Shown here one piece after another: positions 17,486-26,871 of a stretch of 49,799 nt of DNA. Numbering within the stretch: position 1 is the first letter of the stretch; each line of letters begins with the position of its first letter. The notes under the pieces were generated by a model. That model made no database searches, was not told the origin of the DNA, and saw only the letters and a list, made by a program, of their open reading frames with translations. The stretch spans positions 1 to 49,799 of the IMG/VR virus record IMGVR_UViG_3300004806_000004; one strand, 5' to 3'. The DNA is from a virus (lineage: Duplodnaviria; Caudoviricetes). Both the position numbers and the translations under genes were made by a program.

Positions 17486-18058
17486 ATGAGCAACCATAAT
17501 ACACACCCCCTCGCGCACGCCCTCACCATCAGCCGTAACGGCATCAACGGAGTCTTGAAGATCTTCGTCGGTAAGAAAGGTGCTTGGGCTGAGCGTCCGT
17601 ATCAAGCGTTTCAGGTTGAAGCTGATGCTGATTCCGTCGCCATCACCGATGACAAAGCGTTCATCGACTCCCTCACGTTCATCGGTAAGACGAACGTCAA
17701 GAACTTCCTGAACGTTATCTGCAAGCGCTTCGGTCAGGACTTCGTTGAAGACGCCACTGGTGAAGATGGTATTTTCAGCGTTGATAAGTTCTGCAAGTAC
17801 TGGAGCGATCTGAAGTCCAGTGCGCTGAAGCTGTCTGAGTTGCAGGAAGCTATCCTCGATGGCCAGAAGGACTACATGAACTTCATTGCTACGGAGTTCA
17901 CGGCTGGTCTGACGTCTGGCAATCCTGAACTGATTAAACAGGCTCAGGAGAAACGTGAACGCATGGATCGCAACCTCAACGCTCTCCGTGCTGAATGGGA
18001 AGAGCGCAAGGCTCGCCGTTCCAAAGAAGCCGCTGCGGAAACTGTGACTGCAGTCTAA
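17486..18058 (+). CDS. Hypothetical protein with C-terminal coiled coil
   Basis: 190 aa with an A/C-rich leader and a downstream hairpin. Probably highly expressed. Confidence 0.8.
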   Translation: MSNHNTHPLAHALTISRNGINGVLKIFVGKKGAWAERPYQAFQVEADADSVAITDDKAFIDSLTFIGKTNVKNFLNVICKRFGQDFVEDATGEDGIFSVDKFCKYWSDLKSSALKLSELQEAILDGQKDYMNFIATEFTAGLTSGNPELIKQAQEKRERMDRNLNALRAEWEERKARRSKEAAAETVTAV

Positions 18059-18090
18059 GCTGTAGCCAACACTTGTCGGTGGTCCTAAAC

Positions 18091-18131
18091 TAGGGTAGGG
18101 TGGAGAGAATGACAATCTCCGCTCTACCCTA
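18091..18131 (+). terminator. 16-bp RNA hairpin (terminator, attenuator or processing site)
   Basis: TAGGGTAGGGTGGAGA/TCTCCGCTCTACCCTA pairs fully with two G-U, followed by an AT-rich tail. Confidence 0.65.
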
Positions 18132-18141
18132 AATTATTTAT

Positions 18142-18612
18142 ATGAATAAACCAGAAACAACACTTGTAACATTACCTTTAGATGATCTAATAAACTCTAT
18201 ATTAGGAACAGAATTAGATGGTCTTGAGTGCGTGTATGTTACACCGTTAGTAGCTCAGATACTTAACGGAGTAATGGAGAGCGTAGGATACAGACGGGCG
18301 TTGATAAAGTTTGAAGATTTCGACGGTGAATTGCTCGACCGCCCATTACTCTGGAACAGACGTTCGTATGATCTTGAACGAGATTTAGCTTATGCTAGAC
18401 GATCATACAAACACAAGACTCGCATCGCGAGTATGATACGGTCGCGTAATCTAGATTTGATCGTAGCAGCGATCAAGAAACAAACTGGTATGACAGACAA
18501 GCAAGCTGGATTGTTGGCAGATAAACTGTTTAAAGATTCAGCTACGGCGGCACTTGTTGCGAAGGAAGCTTTTGGGGTGGAGAAACTAATCGAGAAAGAA
18601 GAAGAACTATGA
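18142..18612 (+). CDS. Hypothetical protein
   Basis: 156-aa ORF, ATGA-coupled to the next gene. Confidence 0.7.
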   Translation: MNKPETTLVTLPLDDLINSILGTELDGLECVYVTPLVAQILNGVMESVGYRRALIKFEDFDGELLDRPLLWNRRSYDLERDLAYARRSYKHKTRIASMIRSRNLDLIVAAIKKQTGMTDKQAGLLADKLFKDSATAALVAKEAFGVEKLIEKEEEL

Positions 18613-18791
18613 AGATTAAACCAATCACAGTTGATGGCATTACCTACAATAAGTTTTGGGTAGGCGGCTTGCAGCAGCCATTATTAGCTGTTAGGGATGA
18701 ATTGTTGGCACAAGGATTACTTCCATTTGCCGCAGCTTTATCAGAGATAAATGTAATCATGGAGGACTACAAGGAAAGGCTTGAATCATGA
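18609..18791 (+). CDS. Small hypothetical protein
   Basis: ATGA overlaps at both ends. Confidence 0.6.
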   Translation: MKIKPITVDGITYNKFWVGGLQQPLLAVRDELLAQGLLPFAAALSEINVIMEDYKERLES

Positions 18792-20998
18792 CAGACAAAG
18801 AATTAGCAAAGTTCGAAAAGCAGCAACGATTTATTGTACAGAAGTTGTGCAATAAAATTAAGATGGCGTTCTCATTTAAACAGATTACTACTTGGCGAGA
18901 ACTGTACGTATATACTCACGGTGGGAATGAACAGTACATTAACGATAACTACAAAGGTCCTGAACTGACTACCGCTATTACCAAACAAGATGTAGATAAA
19001 TGGTGTGAAAAACTGTTCGCTGACCTAGATAAAGAGCAAGCAGCTAAACGTGCAGAGCCTCCGTCAGTACCGACTGCCATAATCCAAGAGGTCATCACAC
19101 CCTCAAAGGCGCCCAGTGTGACCGACACAACTGTTGTAACCACACAGCCGACACCTATAGAAACAACCGTTGCCAACAAAGCTCGTTCCGAAGAAGAATC
19201 TAACTACGGTCTAATACCATCACCAAATGAAAAAGCATTCCTCTACTGGTTCCAAAAGAAAGCAATCGCGGAAGCGATGCATAAAATCACAGTCGACAGA
19301 GTGTCAGCTCTTCTTATCATCGCAGGAACTGGAACTGGTAAGACATTCATTGATGCAGCTATCAAACGTCGACTCATTGACTCAGGATATCACAATGGTA
19401 AATCTTATGGTCTATCGCAGTACCTTACGATTACACGATCGACTGTTGTCGAACAGACAAAACGGGTCGGTGAAAAGAAATTCAACCTCAAGCACCCGAG
19501 TGACAATGAGGTGATTAACATCGAACAGTTACGCTCCCGCGCTGGTGCAATGTGGGTCAAGAGTGAACAGAAGATTATCAACGGCGAAGAGGTAACTGAA
19601 TGGAAGTGGCATCCGATGTTGAATCCAGTAGTGATAGCATTGGATGAGTGTCAAGCTGTGAAGAACGAAGATAGCACACAACACAAGATCATGTGTGCGT
19701 TCTCTTCCGTACCGAACACACTACAAATCTATATCTCAGCTACTCCATTCACCCGAGTATCAGAAGCGAAAGCTTTCTGTCTAGCAACTAAGATGGACAT
19801 ATCGAAATATGGATTTCCATCTGGAACGAGATTAGACGCATCTAATTGGCAAACATTTGCTGCTATCATTGCAGGAGGTACAGCACCACATGAATATAAT
19901 GAAGCGGCGATTGGTCGCCTCATGGATGCCATCGAACCCTATACAGTACGCGTGAAGGGTGTGAGGTGGCAGTTCAATGCTCACAATAGGGTGGAAGTTA
20001 TTCCATTCCAATCAGAAGCTGCGAGGAAAGAATACGCTGATGCTTGGGAGAAATATCTGATCAAGAAAGCTCGACTAGAAGAATCAGTAACCGATAACCC
20101 ACGGTTCCAAGCGATGATTGAACTGATGATGTTCCTCACAGCAGCTGAGTATTGTAAGCGTGATATCTTTGCTGAACGTATGTACAATAATGTACAGGAT
20201 GGATACGCATCTGTGCTAGGAGTCAAGAATAAGAAGACTGTAATATCGGTAGTCAAACTCTTGATAGAAGAATATGGTGTGTCGCGAGACGATATCAGCA
20301 TCGTATGGGGAGGAGGTCAAACCGCTCTCAACGCGAAACAGAAAGCTAAGTTGCAACTGATGAATAGCCCCGAGGCTCTAGCTGCGTTAGAGGCATCTGG
20401 GATAAGTATGGAAGACTTACAACTCGATGAAGTTGAAGCGAAAGAGTTGGAGGACTTGCCTAAGGAATGGAGGTTGGGAGTACAGTCGAAGGAAGATAGA
20501 CAGCGTGAGATTGATCGGTTTCAATCTGGTAAATCACGCTACGCAATCTTCACATACAAAGCAGGTGGAGTTGGATTGTCATTACATCATTGTGATGAAC
20601 TCTCTCCGTTCAAATGTCGGCGTAAGGAATCTGGATTTGCAGTAGAAGAAGACATCCCGAACGTGCCTATTCGTCAGAGGAAAGTTACCATCGGCCCCAC
20701 GTGGAGTCCGATCGAGTTGATCCAAGCGATGGGACGAGTGCCTAGGTTGACGTCATTGAGTGACACAGATCAAGAATTCTTGTACTATAAAGGCACTGTA
20801 GAAGAAGAGCAAGCGCATGTTGTATCACATCGATTGAAGTGTGTGAGACAGGTGGTACGGCAGAATGAGAACTGGATGACTCTACTCCGCGAACCAAACA
20901 AAGCTAAAGAGTTAGTGAAAGAGCTGTTAGACAAACCGATCAGCGAAGACAACCAAGATGAAGGAGAAATTGAATATGACAATGAATCGGAAGACTAA
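18788..20998 (+). CDS. Superfamily 2 (DExx) helicase
   Basis: YWFQ Q-motif, AGTGTGKT, IALDECQ, ISATP, AGGVGLSL and QAMGRVPR. Confidence 0.9.
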   Translation: MTDKELAKFEKQQRFIVQKLCNKIKMAFSFKQITTWRELYVYTHGGNEQYINDNYKGPELTTAITKQDVDKWCEKLFADLDKEQAAKRAEPPSVPTAIIQEVITPSKAPSVTDTTVVTTQPTPIETTVANKARSEEESNYGLIPSPNEKAFLYWFQKKAIAEAMHKITVDRVSALLIIAGTGTGKTFIDAAIKRRLIDSGYHNGKSYGLSQYLTITRSTVVEQTKRVGEKKFNLKHPSDNEVINIEQLRSRAGAMWVKSEQKIINGEEVTEWKWHPMLNPVVIALDECQAVKNEDSTQHKIMCAFSSVPNTLQIYISATPFTRVSEAKAFCLATKMDISKYGFPSGTRLDASNWQTFAAIIAGGTAPHEYNEAAIGRLMDAIEPYTVRVKGVRWQFNAHNRVEVIPFQSEAARKEYADAWEKYLIKKARLEESVTDNPRFQAMIELMMFLTAAEYCKRDIFAERMYNNVQDGYASVLGVKNKKTVISVVKLLIEEYGVSRDDISIVWGGGQTALNAKQKAKLQLMNSPEALAALEASGISMEDLQLDEVEAKELEDLPKEWRLGVQSKEDRQREIDRFQSGKSRYAIFTYKAGGVGLSLHHCDELSPFKCRRKESGFAVEEDIPNVPIRQRKVTIGPTWSPIELIQAMGRVPRLTSLSDTDQEFLYYKGTVEEEQAHVVSHRLKCVRQVVRQNENWMTLLREPNKAKELVKELLDKPISEDNQDEGEIEYDNESED

Positions 20999-21929
20999 AT
21001 TCAAACCAATGTTAGCTGCACCATTACTACCTGCTCATGCAGAACATACTGATGCTAACATCCTATCAGCAATGAAAACCCTTCGCTATCCAGTTTATGC
21101 AACAGTTAAGATGGATGGCATACGAGCGTTGAGACTCAACGGGACATTACTATCTCGTACTCTGAAAGAGATACCGAACAAATCAATACGTAAACGATCA
21201 CTCAAATTACCCGGTGGATTTGATATGGAACTATGTGCTGAGGGGTTAAGGTATGATGAAGTTGAATCAATCGTCATGAGCAAAAAGCACAATGACTCAC
21301 ATAAGATTCAATTCTATATACTTGATTGGTACGGAATATTAGACCAGCATGGAGTTGAAGCTAATTATAGAATCCGTCAACAACAGATAGACGGATGGAT
21401 AGGATCATTCGGTTCTCGTATGGATGGGATGCCAGTATGTTTTTATATTTGTAATGACTACCTCAGTTTGTTTGAGTTCTTCCTTGAATCAGAGCGACGT
21501 GGTGATGAGGGCATCTGTTTCCGTACACCTGACTCACCGTATAAGTTTGGTCGCTCTACTCTTCGTGAACAGTGGTTGATTAAACTCTGTCGCTATCACA
21601 GGACTGAATGTGTGATAACAGGGTTTGAGGAACAGATGGAGAATGATAATGCAGAAGAATATAACTCCGTCGGTAAGATGGATCGATCATCGTGTAAGGA
21701 TAATCTAATTCCAAAGGATACACTGGGCGCCTTTATCGTTACCCATAACCTCTGGGGAACCATGCGAGTAGGTACTGGAGTAGGGCTAACTGATAAGTTG
21801 AGGAAAGAGATTTGGGAAAATAGGGATCGCTATCATGGGAAAGTAATCACAGTGAAGTTCAAACCCCACGGCTCGAAAGATAAACCACGTTCGCCAATCT
21901 ATGTTGGCTTTAGAAAGGATGGAATATAA
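20976..21929 (+). CDS. ATP-dependent DNA ligase
   Basis: KPMLA, KMDGIR adenylation motif, FDMEL, EGICFR, YKFGRS, LIKL, and an OB-fold region with GTG and PRSP. Confidence 0.93.
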   Translation: MTMNRKTKFKPMLAAPLLPAHAEHTDANILSAMKTLRYPVYATVKMDGIRALRLNGTLLSRTLKEIPNKSIRKRSLKLPGGFDMELCAEGLRYDEVESIVMSKKHNDSHKIQFYILDWYGILDQHGVEANYRIRQQQIDGWIGSFGSRMDGMPVCFYICNDYLSLFEFFLESERRGDEGICFRTPDSPYKFGRSTLREQWLIKLCRYHRTECVITGFEEQMENDNAEEYNSVGKMDRSSCKDNLIPKDTLGAFIVTHNLWGTMRVGTGVGLTDKLRKEIWENRDRYHGKVITVKFKPHGSKDKPRSPIYVGFRKDGI

Positions 21930-22273
21930 TGCACCCTGACCAACGCAACCCAAGGATAGTATTCGATTTCAGTAAAGCTCAATGGTGTGAGTTCGGGTAT
22001 GAGAATCAGTACGGACATACATCACCCACGCTACCCTATGGCCCAACCATTCGTGGATGTAGGTTCAAAGAAGATGCAGTTATGTTCGGTGGGACTGAGA
22101 CTCATCTCGACTATGCAAAGCGACAGGGCATACTTGATACATGGCGACTGAAGATTAAGCTCACCTTCGCATCTAATCATAGACTGACATTCTATGGTGA
22201 GAAAGCTGTGAGTGTCTGGAGTGAATGGTCAGCGAAACAATTCGGTGGTAAGAAAACAAAGAAAGGTAAATAA
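21929..22273 (+). CDS. Hypothetical protein
   Basis: 114-aa ORF coupled to the ligase stop and ending 4 nt before the activator start. Confidence 0.65.
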   Translation: MHPDQRNPRIVFDFSKAQWCEFGYENQYGHTSPTLPYGPTIRGCRFKEDAVMFGGTETHLDYAKRQGILDTWRLKIKLTFASNHRLTFYGEKAVSVWSEWSAKQFGGKKTKKGK

Positions 22274-22277
22274 CTAT

Positions 22278-23186
22278 ATGGCAAATGACAAAGTGCAGAA
22301 GGTTCCGACAGAGGCAGAGTTACGTCTGTTCCTCAAGAACGGAATGAAAGATCTAGTTCAGCAAGTGTTAGACATCGCACCGGACTTACGCTTGAAGCTA
22401 GAGAAGAACGGTGGTAGGTTTCCAGACGAAGGCGAGTGGGTACTAGTAGAACTGCTCTCCGGTGCATCAGCATGGCTTAAGAAGTTCATCACTTGCGATA
22501 GTGACATGATCGAGATGAAAGAAGATGTCAAGAAGCTTGCTGTGTGTAATGATGAGGTACTGATCACTGGTGAGACTGGTACTGGGAAAGAACTAATCGC
22601 TCGGGCCTTACATGGTGATAGGGAGGGCGACTTCAAACGAATCAACTGTGGAGCAATGCCAAGTGAACTAATTGAATCAGAACTGTTCGGTCACGTTAAA
22701 GGTGCGTTCACTGGAGCAGACAATAACAAAACTGGATTACTAGTTGCTGCGAAAGATGGTACAATGTTCCTCGATGAGGTAGGGGATCTGCCATACACAT
22801 TGCAAGCGAAACTACTCAACGCATTACAGCCTATTGATGGTAAGCGATTCATCCGTCCGGTAGGGTCAGTGAATGAAGTTGAGATCAACTGTCGCATAGT
22901 CGCAGCGACACATAAAGATTTGCGTCAGATGTTTGAGTGTAATCAATTCAGGAAAGATCTTTATGCTCGACTGTCCACATTCGAGATTCATATCTCCCCT
23001 CTATCGAAGCGAGTAGGAGATGTTGAGCCTATCGTGCGTGAACTCTGTGCCCAGATGGGTGTAGATTACATCAAAGTAATGGATGGCATTAGTGCCAAGT
23101 CACTCAACAAGACTCTCGACCTATCGTTCAATGTACGTTCACTTGAACAGATGGTGAAGCGGTACAGAGTCTTAGGCAAGCTATAA
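22278..23186 (+). CDS. sigma54-dependent transcriptional activator (bEBP AAA+ domain) lacking receiver and HTH domains
   Basis: GETGTGKE, INCG, ESELFGHVKGAFTGA, GTMFLDEVGDLP, RIVAATHKDL, FRKDLYARL and FNVRSLE. The protein ends about 12 aa after sensor II. Confidence 0.95.
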   Translation: MANDKVQKVPTEAELRLFLKNGMKDLVQQVLDIAPDLRLKLEKNGGRFPDEGEWVLVELLSGASAWLKKFITCDSDMIEMKEDVKKLAVCNDEVLITGETGTGKELIARALHGDREGDFKRINCGAMPSELIESELFGHVKGAFTGADNNKTGLLVAAKDGTMFLDEVGDLPYTLQAKLLNALQPIDGKRFIRPVGSVNEVEINCRIVAATHKDLRQMFECNQFRKDLYARLSTFEIHISPLSKRVGDVEPIVRELCAQMGVDYIKVMDGISAKSLNKTLDLSFNVRSLEQMVKRYRVLGKL

Positions 23187-23212
23187 CGGTAAAGCTAATA
23201 AGATGTTATACT

Positions 23213-23228
23213 TGGCACAAGACCTGCT
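23213..23228 (+). promoter_or_regulatory. sigma54 -24/-12 promoter for the recombination/replication unit
   Basis: (T)TGGCACAAGACCTGCT(A), 26 nt after the activator stop. Confidence 0.85.
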
Positions 23229-23324
23229 ATCAATATCTTCCAACAATTTGAGTAGGTGAGTCTCAAAGCGACCACTGTAAAAACTGGTAGTGAAATTGAC
23301 AGAGCCTACTCAATCCAATTTAAT

Positions 23325-23921
23325 ATGAGCAAACCAATAACAATCACCTTACCAAATGGCGTGACTGCTGCTGCGGTAACTAGGGCGGTAACATCTAAAC
23401 GACCTGCTGGGTGGAGCAAACGTTCGTATGGCAGTTACTTCAATAACTTCTACGGTGAGCAAGCGAAAGCCATCTTTGATGGGATGATGACAGATGGTCA
23501 ACCTCGCATATTACGGTATGACTCTGTGAAGGGTGTGTCGAATGATTCACTGTATCTCCGCTTCCAGCAGGGTAAGATGTTCCTGCTACAGAACATGGAT
23601 ACAGCGGATGGTAAGTATGCGAAGTTCGCTGATGGCATACGGTGCATACGGCGTAAAGGCGTAGGGATCATCATTGAACATGGGGGCAATGAGATACCAT
23701 TGAACGCGGTTCAAGTTATGCCAGTAGCATCTACTCCCAAATGGAAGAAAGAATTAGACGATTATCTAGAGAATGATAACCCTACTGGTGTGCCTTTCAT
23801 CCGTGATAACCTCGCGCTGAAAGAGGAAGATGTAGTGTTACTGACACAAGAGCTAGAGGGATTAACCAACATCATGTTTGACATAACTCAATCATCTGTT
23901 AGGGTGATCAAAGGAGTATGA
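23325..23921 (+). CDS. Hypothetical protein
   Basis: ATG at 23325 (TAATATG) is preferred over GTG at 23256. Confidence 0.7.
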   Translation: MSKPITITLPNGVTAAAVTRAVTSKRPAGWSKRSYGSYFNNFYGEQAKAIFDGMMTDGQPRILRYDSVKGVSNDSLYLRFQQGKMFLLQNMDTADGKYAKFADGIRCIRRKGVGIIIEHGGNEIPLNAVQVMPVASTPKWKKELDDYLENDNPTGVPFIRDNLALKEEDVVLLTQELEGLTNIMFDITQSSVRVIKGV

Positions 23922-24166
23922 CACTAGAGCAACTCCTACAATGTTCAGCGACAGAGCTTGAAGCAATGACTGACGAGCAGCTAGCTGAGCACTTTAAACC
24001 TGTTCTGTGTGTGACAAGACCAGAACAACAACCTAAACAAGCACCGAAAGTAATGGGTATGGCTATTGATCCTAAGATGGCGCAGGCAGCCCTGATAGCT
24101 AAGAGCCACGGGATTACATTAGACTTATCCGTACTTAAACCATTAAAAGGAATGAAAAGAAAATGA
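23918..24166 (+). CDS. Hypothetical protein
   Basis: ATGA overlaps at both ends. Confidence 0.7.
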   Translation: MTLEQLLQCSATELEAMTDEQLAEHFKPVLCVTRPEQQPKQAPKVMGMAIDPKMAQAALIAKSHGITLDLSVLKPLKGMKRK

Positions 24167-25110
24167 GCAGCAAACTTACAATCAACTTAGACTCAACAGT
24201 ATTGAGTCATTCGAAATGTATTCGTGCATTGAAGTGGAAAGTATTGGATGGATACACAGAGCCAGTACAATCATCTGCGATCATCTATGGAGTAGCGGTA
24301 CATAAGTATATTGATACTATGTTCAGGACTAAATCCAACTATGAAGCAGCGAAAGAGGCGGCGATTAAAGCGTTCAATATTCCTAAGCAGGGGAAGAAAC
24401 GTATGGAGCATCTGGAAGATGAACGTCATATGCTGACTACGTCAATCATGACATGGGAGAACTGGGTTAAGAAAGACAATGACTATAAAGTGTTGCAAGA
24501 TCCCGCTGGTCAACCGATGACTGAGTTCACATTCAGTATTAAGTTCTGGGAAGATGAAACTCTCTGTGTGAATCTATGTGGCACTATGGATAGTATCGGT
24601 AAGATGAATGGCGGCATTTACACTATCAGAGATTGGAAGACCACATCTAGCTGGGATCCGAAAGAATACTTCTCTCAATATGCTATGAGCAAACAGCTGC
24701 GTATTTATGCGCTGGCGCTGCGCACTATCGGTAGGTTGCATCCTGACTCATTGATCGGAGCTGTGATTAAAGATGGAGTAATTGGTGCGGTGATCGATGG
24801 GATATTTATCAAACCCAATGTGACGGAGAACAAATGGCTGAGGTCGGAAGGATTTGCGTACCGCGACAGGGAGCTAGATGAGATGGAGAATCTGCTAATT
24901 GATAAGTGTGAAGAACTATCTCGCGCGGTTAAGTTTAACAGGTTCCCCAAACAAGGATTACTCAATGAGGCTTGCCTAGGCAAGTGGGGTAAGTGTATGT
25001 TCTGGAACGCCTGTGGAGTTAGTGATCCTAAGGTGGAAGAGATCGTGTTGAACAGAGATCTGGTGAAGAAGACATTTGATCCATTGAAATATAATGAGGT
25101 GGTTGAATGA
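24163..25110 (+). CDS. PD-(D/E)XK exonuclease, Cas4/RecB-like
   Basis: GVAVH, GTMD..IRDWKT and QLRIYA motifs. One N-terminal Cys plus three C-terminal Cys (Fe-S-like). Confidence 0.85.
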   Translation: MSSKLTINLDSTVLSHSKCIRALKWKVLDGYTEPVQSSAIIYGVAVHKYIDTMFRTKSNYEAAKEAAIKAFNIPKQGKKRMEHLEDERHMLTTSIMTWENWVKKDNDYKVLQDPAGQPMTEFTFSIKFWEDETLCVNLCGTMDSIGKMNGGIYTIRDWKTTSSWDPKEYFSQYAMSKQLRIYALALRTIGRLHPDSLIGAVIKDGVIGAVIDGIFIKPNVTENKWLRSEGFAYRDRELDEMENLLIDKCEELSRAVKFNRFPKQGLLNEACLGKWGKCMFWNACGVSDPKVEEIVLNRDLVKKTFDPLKYNEVVE

Positions 25111-25625
25111 ACCTCATAGGTATAGCAGGCAAGAAACGATCAGGTAAGAATACCGTCGCAGACATAATCAAATCCCTCACAACCACCGAAGTAGTTCAAC
25201 ACGCCTTCGCTGATGCGTTGAAAGATGAGGTGGCGAAAGCTTGTGGTGTGTCGCGTGACTTCATCGAGAAGAACAAGCCAGCATTTAGATTGATCTTACA
25301 AGGCTGGGGCACAGAATTCCGTCGTAGACTATGCACACCAGATTATTGGGAGATTCGTCTGGCGAAGAAGATCCTATCTGCGCCCGATGAATGTATTGCA
25401 ATAGTCACCGACGTTAGGTTTCCATCAGAAGCGGATCTGATTAAACGATGTGGAGGAACGTTGGTATGTGTGAAGCGACCGATGCTAGATGATACCGACA
25501 GCCACGCGTCAGAGACATCACTCGACGACTACAAACATTTCGATTATGTGATCGAAAACAACAGTACATTAAACAACCTAAAAGAAGATGTGAAGCGACT
25601 ACTTCACAACATGAAAATCAAATGA
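25107..25625 (+). CDS. Deoxynucleoside monophosphate kinase
   Basis: GKKRSGKNT, FADALK, LQGWGTE, DVRFPSE and HASE. Confidence 0.9.
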   Translation: MNLIGIAGKKRSGKNTVADIIKSLTTTEVVQHAFADALKDEVAKACGVSRDFIEKNKPAFRLILQGWGTEFRRRLCTPDYWEIRLAKKILSAPDECIAIVTDVRFPSEADLIKRCGGTLVCVKRPMLDDTDSHASETSLDDYKHFDYVIENNSTLNNLKEDVKRLLHNMKIK

Positions 25626-25635
25626 AAGGAAATAT

Positions 25636-25803
25636 ATGAAATGCAAAATGTGCGCAGAAAATCCTGAGAATAATGTGGATAAATTGCCAGAGGTTAATAA
25701 TACTTTTGAGCTTGTTTGTAAAGAAACTGGAGAAACAAAAACGGTAACACTGTGTGTACCTCATGGGCTACGATTGATTAATGCTATCATTAACGCAATA
25801 TGA
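25636..25803 (+). CDS. Small Zn-finger-like protein (55 aa, not in the ORF track)
   Basis: Read manually: MKCKMC...LCVPH...NAI-stop, with an ATGA overlap into the next gene. Confidence 0.6.
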   Translation: MKCKMCAENPENNVDKLPEVNNTFELVCKETGETKTVTLCVPHGLRLINAIINAI

Positions 25804-26666
25804 GCAACTTATACATTCCACCGATGGCTAGACCTCTATCTGAGGTTACAGCAAAGCAACAGATTCGATTGGGGCTGCAAGGATACTCTGGAGTCGGTAA
25901 GACTTGGGCAGCGCTCACGTTTCCCAATCCAATCGTGTTGAACTTAGACAGAGGCTTAGGCGCCCACGCTGGTCGCGCTGATGTGATTGAGATCCCATTC
26001 TATAAGCCAGAACTCTCTGGAAAGAAACCGGGTGAGTTGAAAGATAAACTTATCGAATGGGGGACGAGAGAGGGATCGAAACTATCAGAGGAACAAACCC
26101 TTGTATTCGATGGTTGTACATCCCTGCAGAACGCATATCACGCGTGGTACAAAGTCAATCAACATATGTTCTTGACGAAGACTAATAAGATTGATGACTA
26201 CGCAGAGTGGCGAGAGAAGAAGAATTACTTCGCCGAGCTGTTTGAACTGTTTAAGACATTCAAGTGTGACGTAGTATTCATCGCTCATGAGTCAGCACAG
26301 AAAGATAAAGAGACTGGAGCATATACTGGTAAGATCCGCCCACTGCTCACCGGAGCGTTCAACGATGAGATCATTAACCACTGCACTGATTGGTTCCGTT
26401 GTCATAGTGCAGATAAGCCAGCCGATTACTCATCCCTTAAACCAGAAGCACTTGCTGCATGGGGTGTGAAAACTCACGGAGAGTTCAAAGCTATGTGCGA
26501 TGAGTTCCCTCGTAACACAACCTACTACTGGCAGCTAGAAGGCGATAGCATCTTCGACGGTAAGGCGTCGTCACTAGTTAATTTCCCTCGGTACATTCCC
26601 GCAGGGTATAAACATTTCGCGCAATATATGCGTGGAAATCAAAACAAACCAAACCAAACAAAGTAA
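25800..26666 (+). CDS. Sak4-like / AAA_24 ATPase (single-strand annealing recombinase)
   Basis: GYSGVGKT, LNLDRG, LVFDG and VVFIAHE. Located between the exonuclease and SSB. Confidence 0.8.
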   Translation: MSNLYIPPMARPLSEVTAKQQIRLGLQGYSGVGKTWAALTFPNPIVLNLDRGLGAHAGRADVIEIPFYKPELSGKKPGELKDKLIEWGTREGSKLSEEQTLVFDGCTSLQNAYHAWYKVNQHMFLTKTNKIDDYAEWREKKNYFAELFELFKTFKCDVVFIAHESAQKDKETGAYTGKIRPLLTGAFNDEIINHCTDWFRCHSADKPADYSSLKPEALAAWGVKTHGEFKAMCDEFPRNTTYYWQLEGDSIFDGKASSLVNFPRYIPAGYKHFAQYMRGNQNKPNQTK

Positions 26667-26679
26667 CCAACACAAACAT

Positions 26680-26847
26680 ATGCAGTTCACCATCCAACAA
26701 ATCGTTAACGGATTTCTGTTCGTAGTCAACGCTCAAGGCCAGCCGCCTGTAGTGACATATTTTCCCGATTGGGAGTCACTCAAAGCGGGATTCAATCGGA
26801 TTGAAGTTAAACCTGCGACTGAAAACCAAACAACCCAAACCAACTAA
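26680..26847 (+). CDS. Small hypothetical protein
   Basis: ATG at 26680 follows the leader CACAAACAT. Confidence 0.55.
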   Translation: MQFTIQQIVNGFLFVVNAQGQPPVVTYFPDWESLKAGFNRIEVKPATENQTTQTN

Positions 26848-26871
26848 ACCAACAAACCCAATAACAAACAT

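Noticed and set aside
24163-25110. Cas4-like gene as part of a CRISPR-Cas system
   Set aside because: No cas1, cas2 or array is present. The context (Sak4-like ATPase, SSB) indicates a recombination exonuclease.
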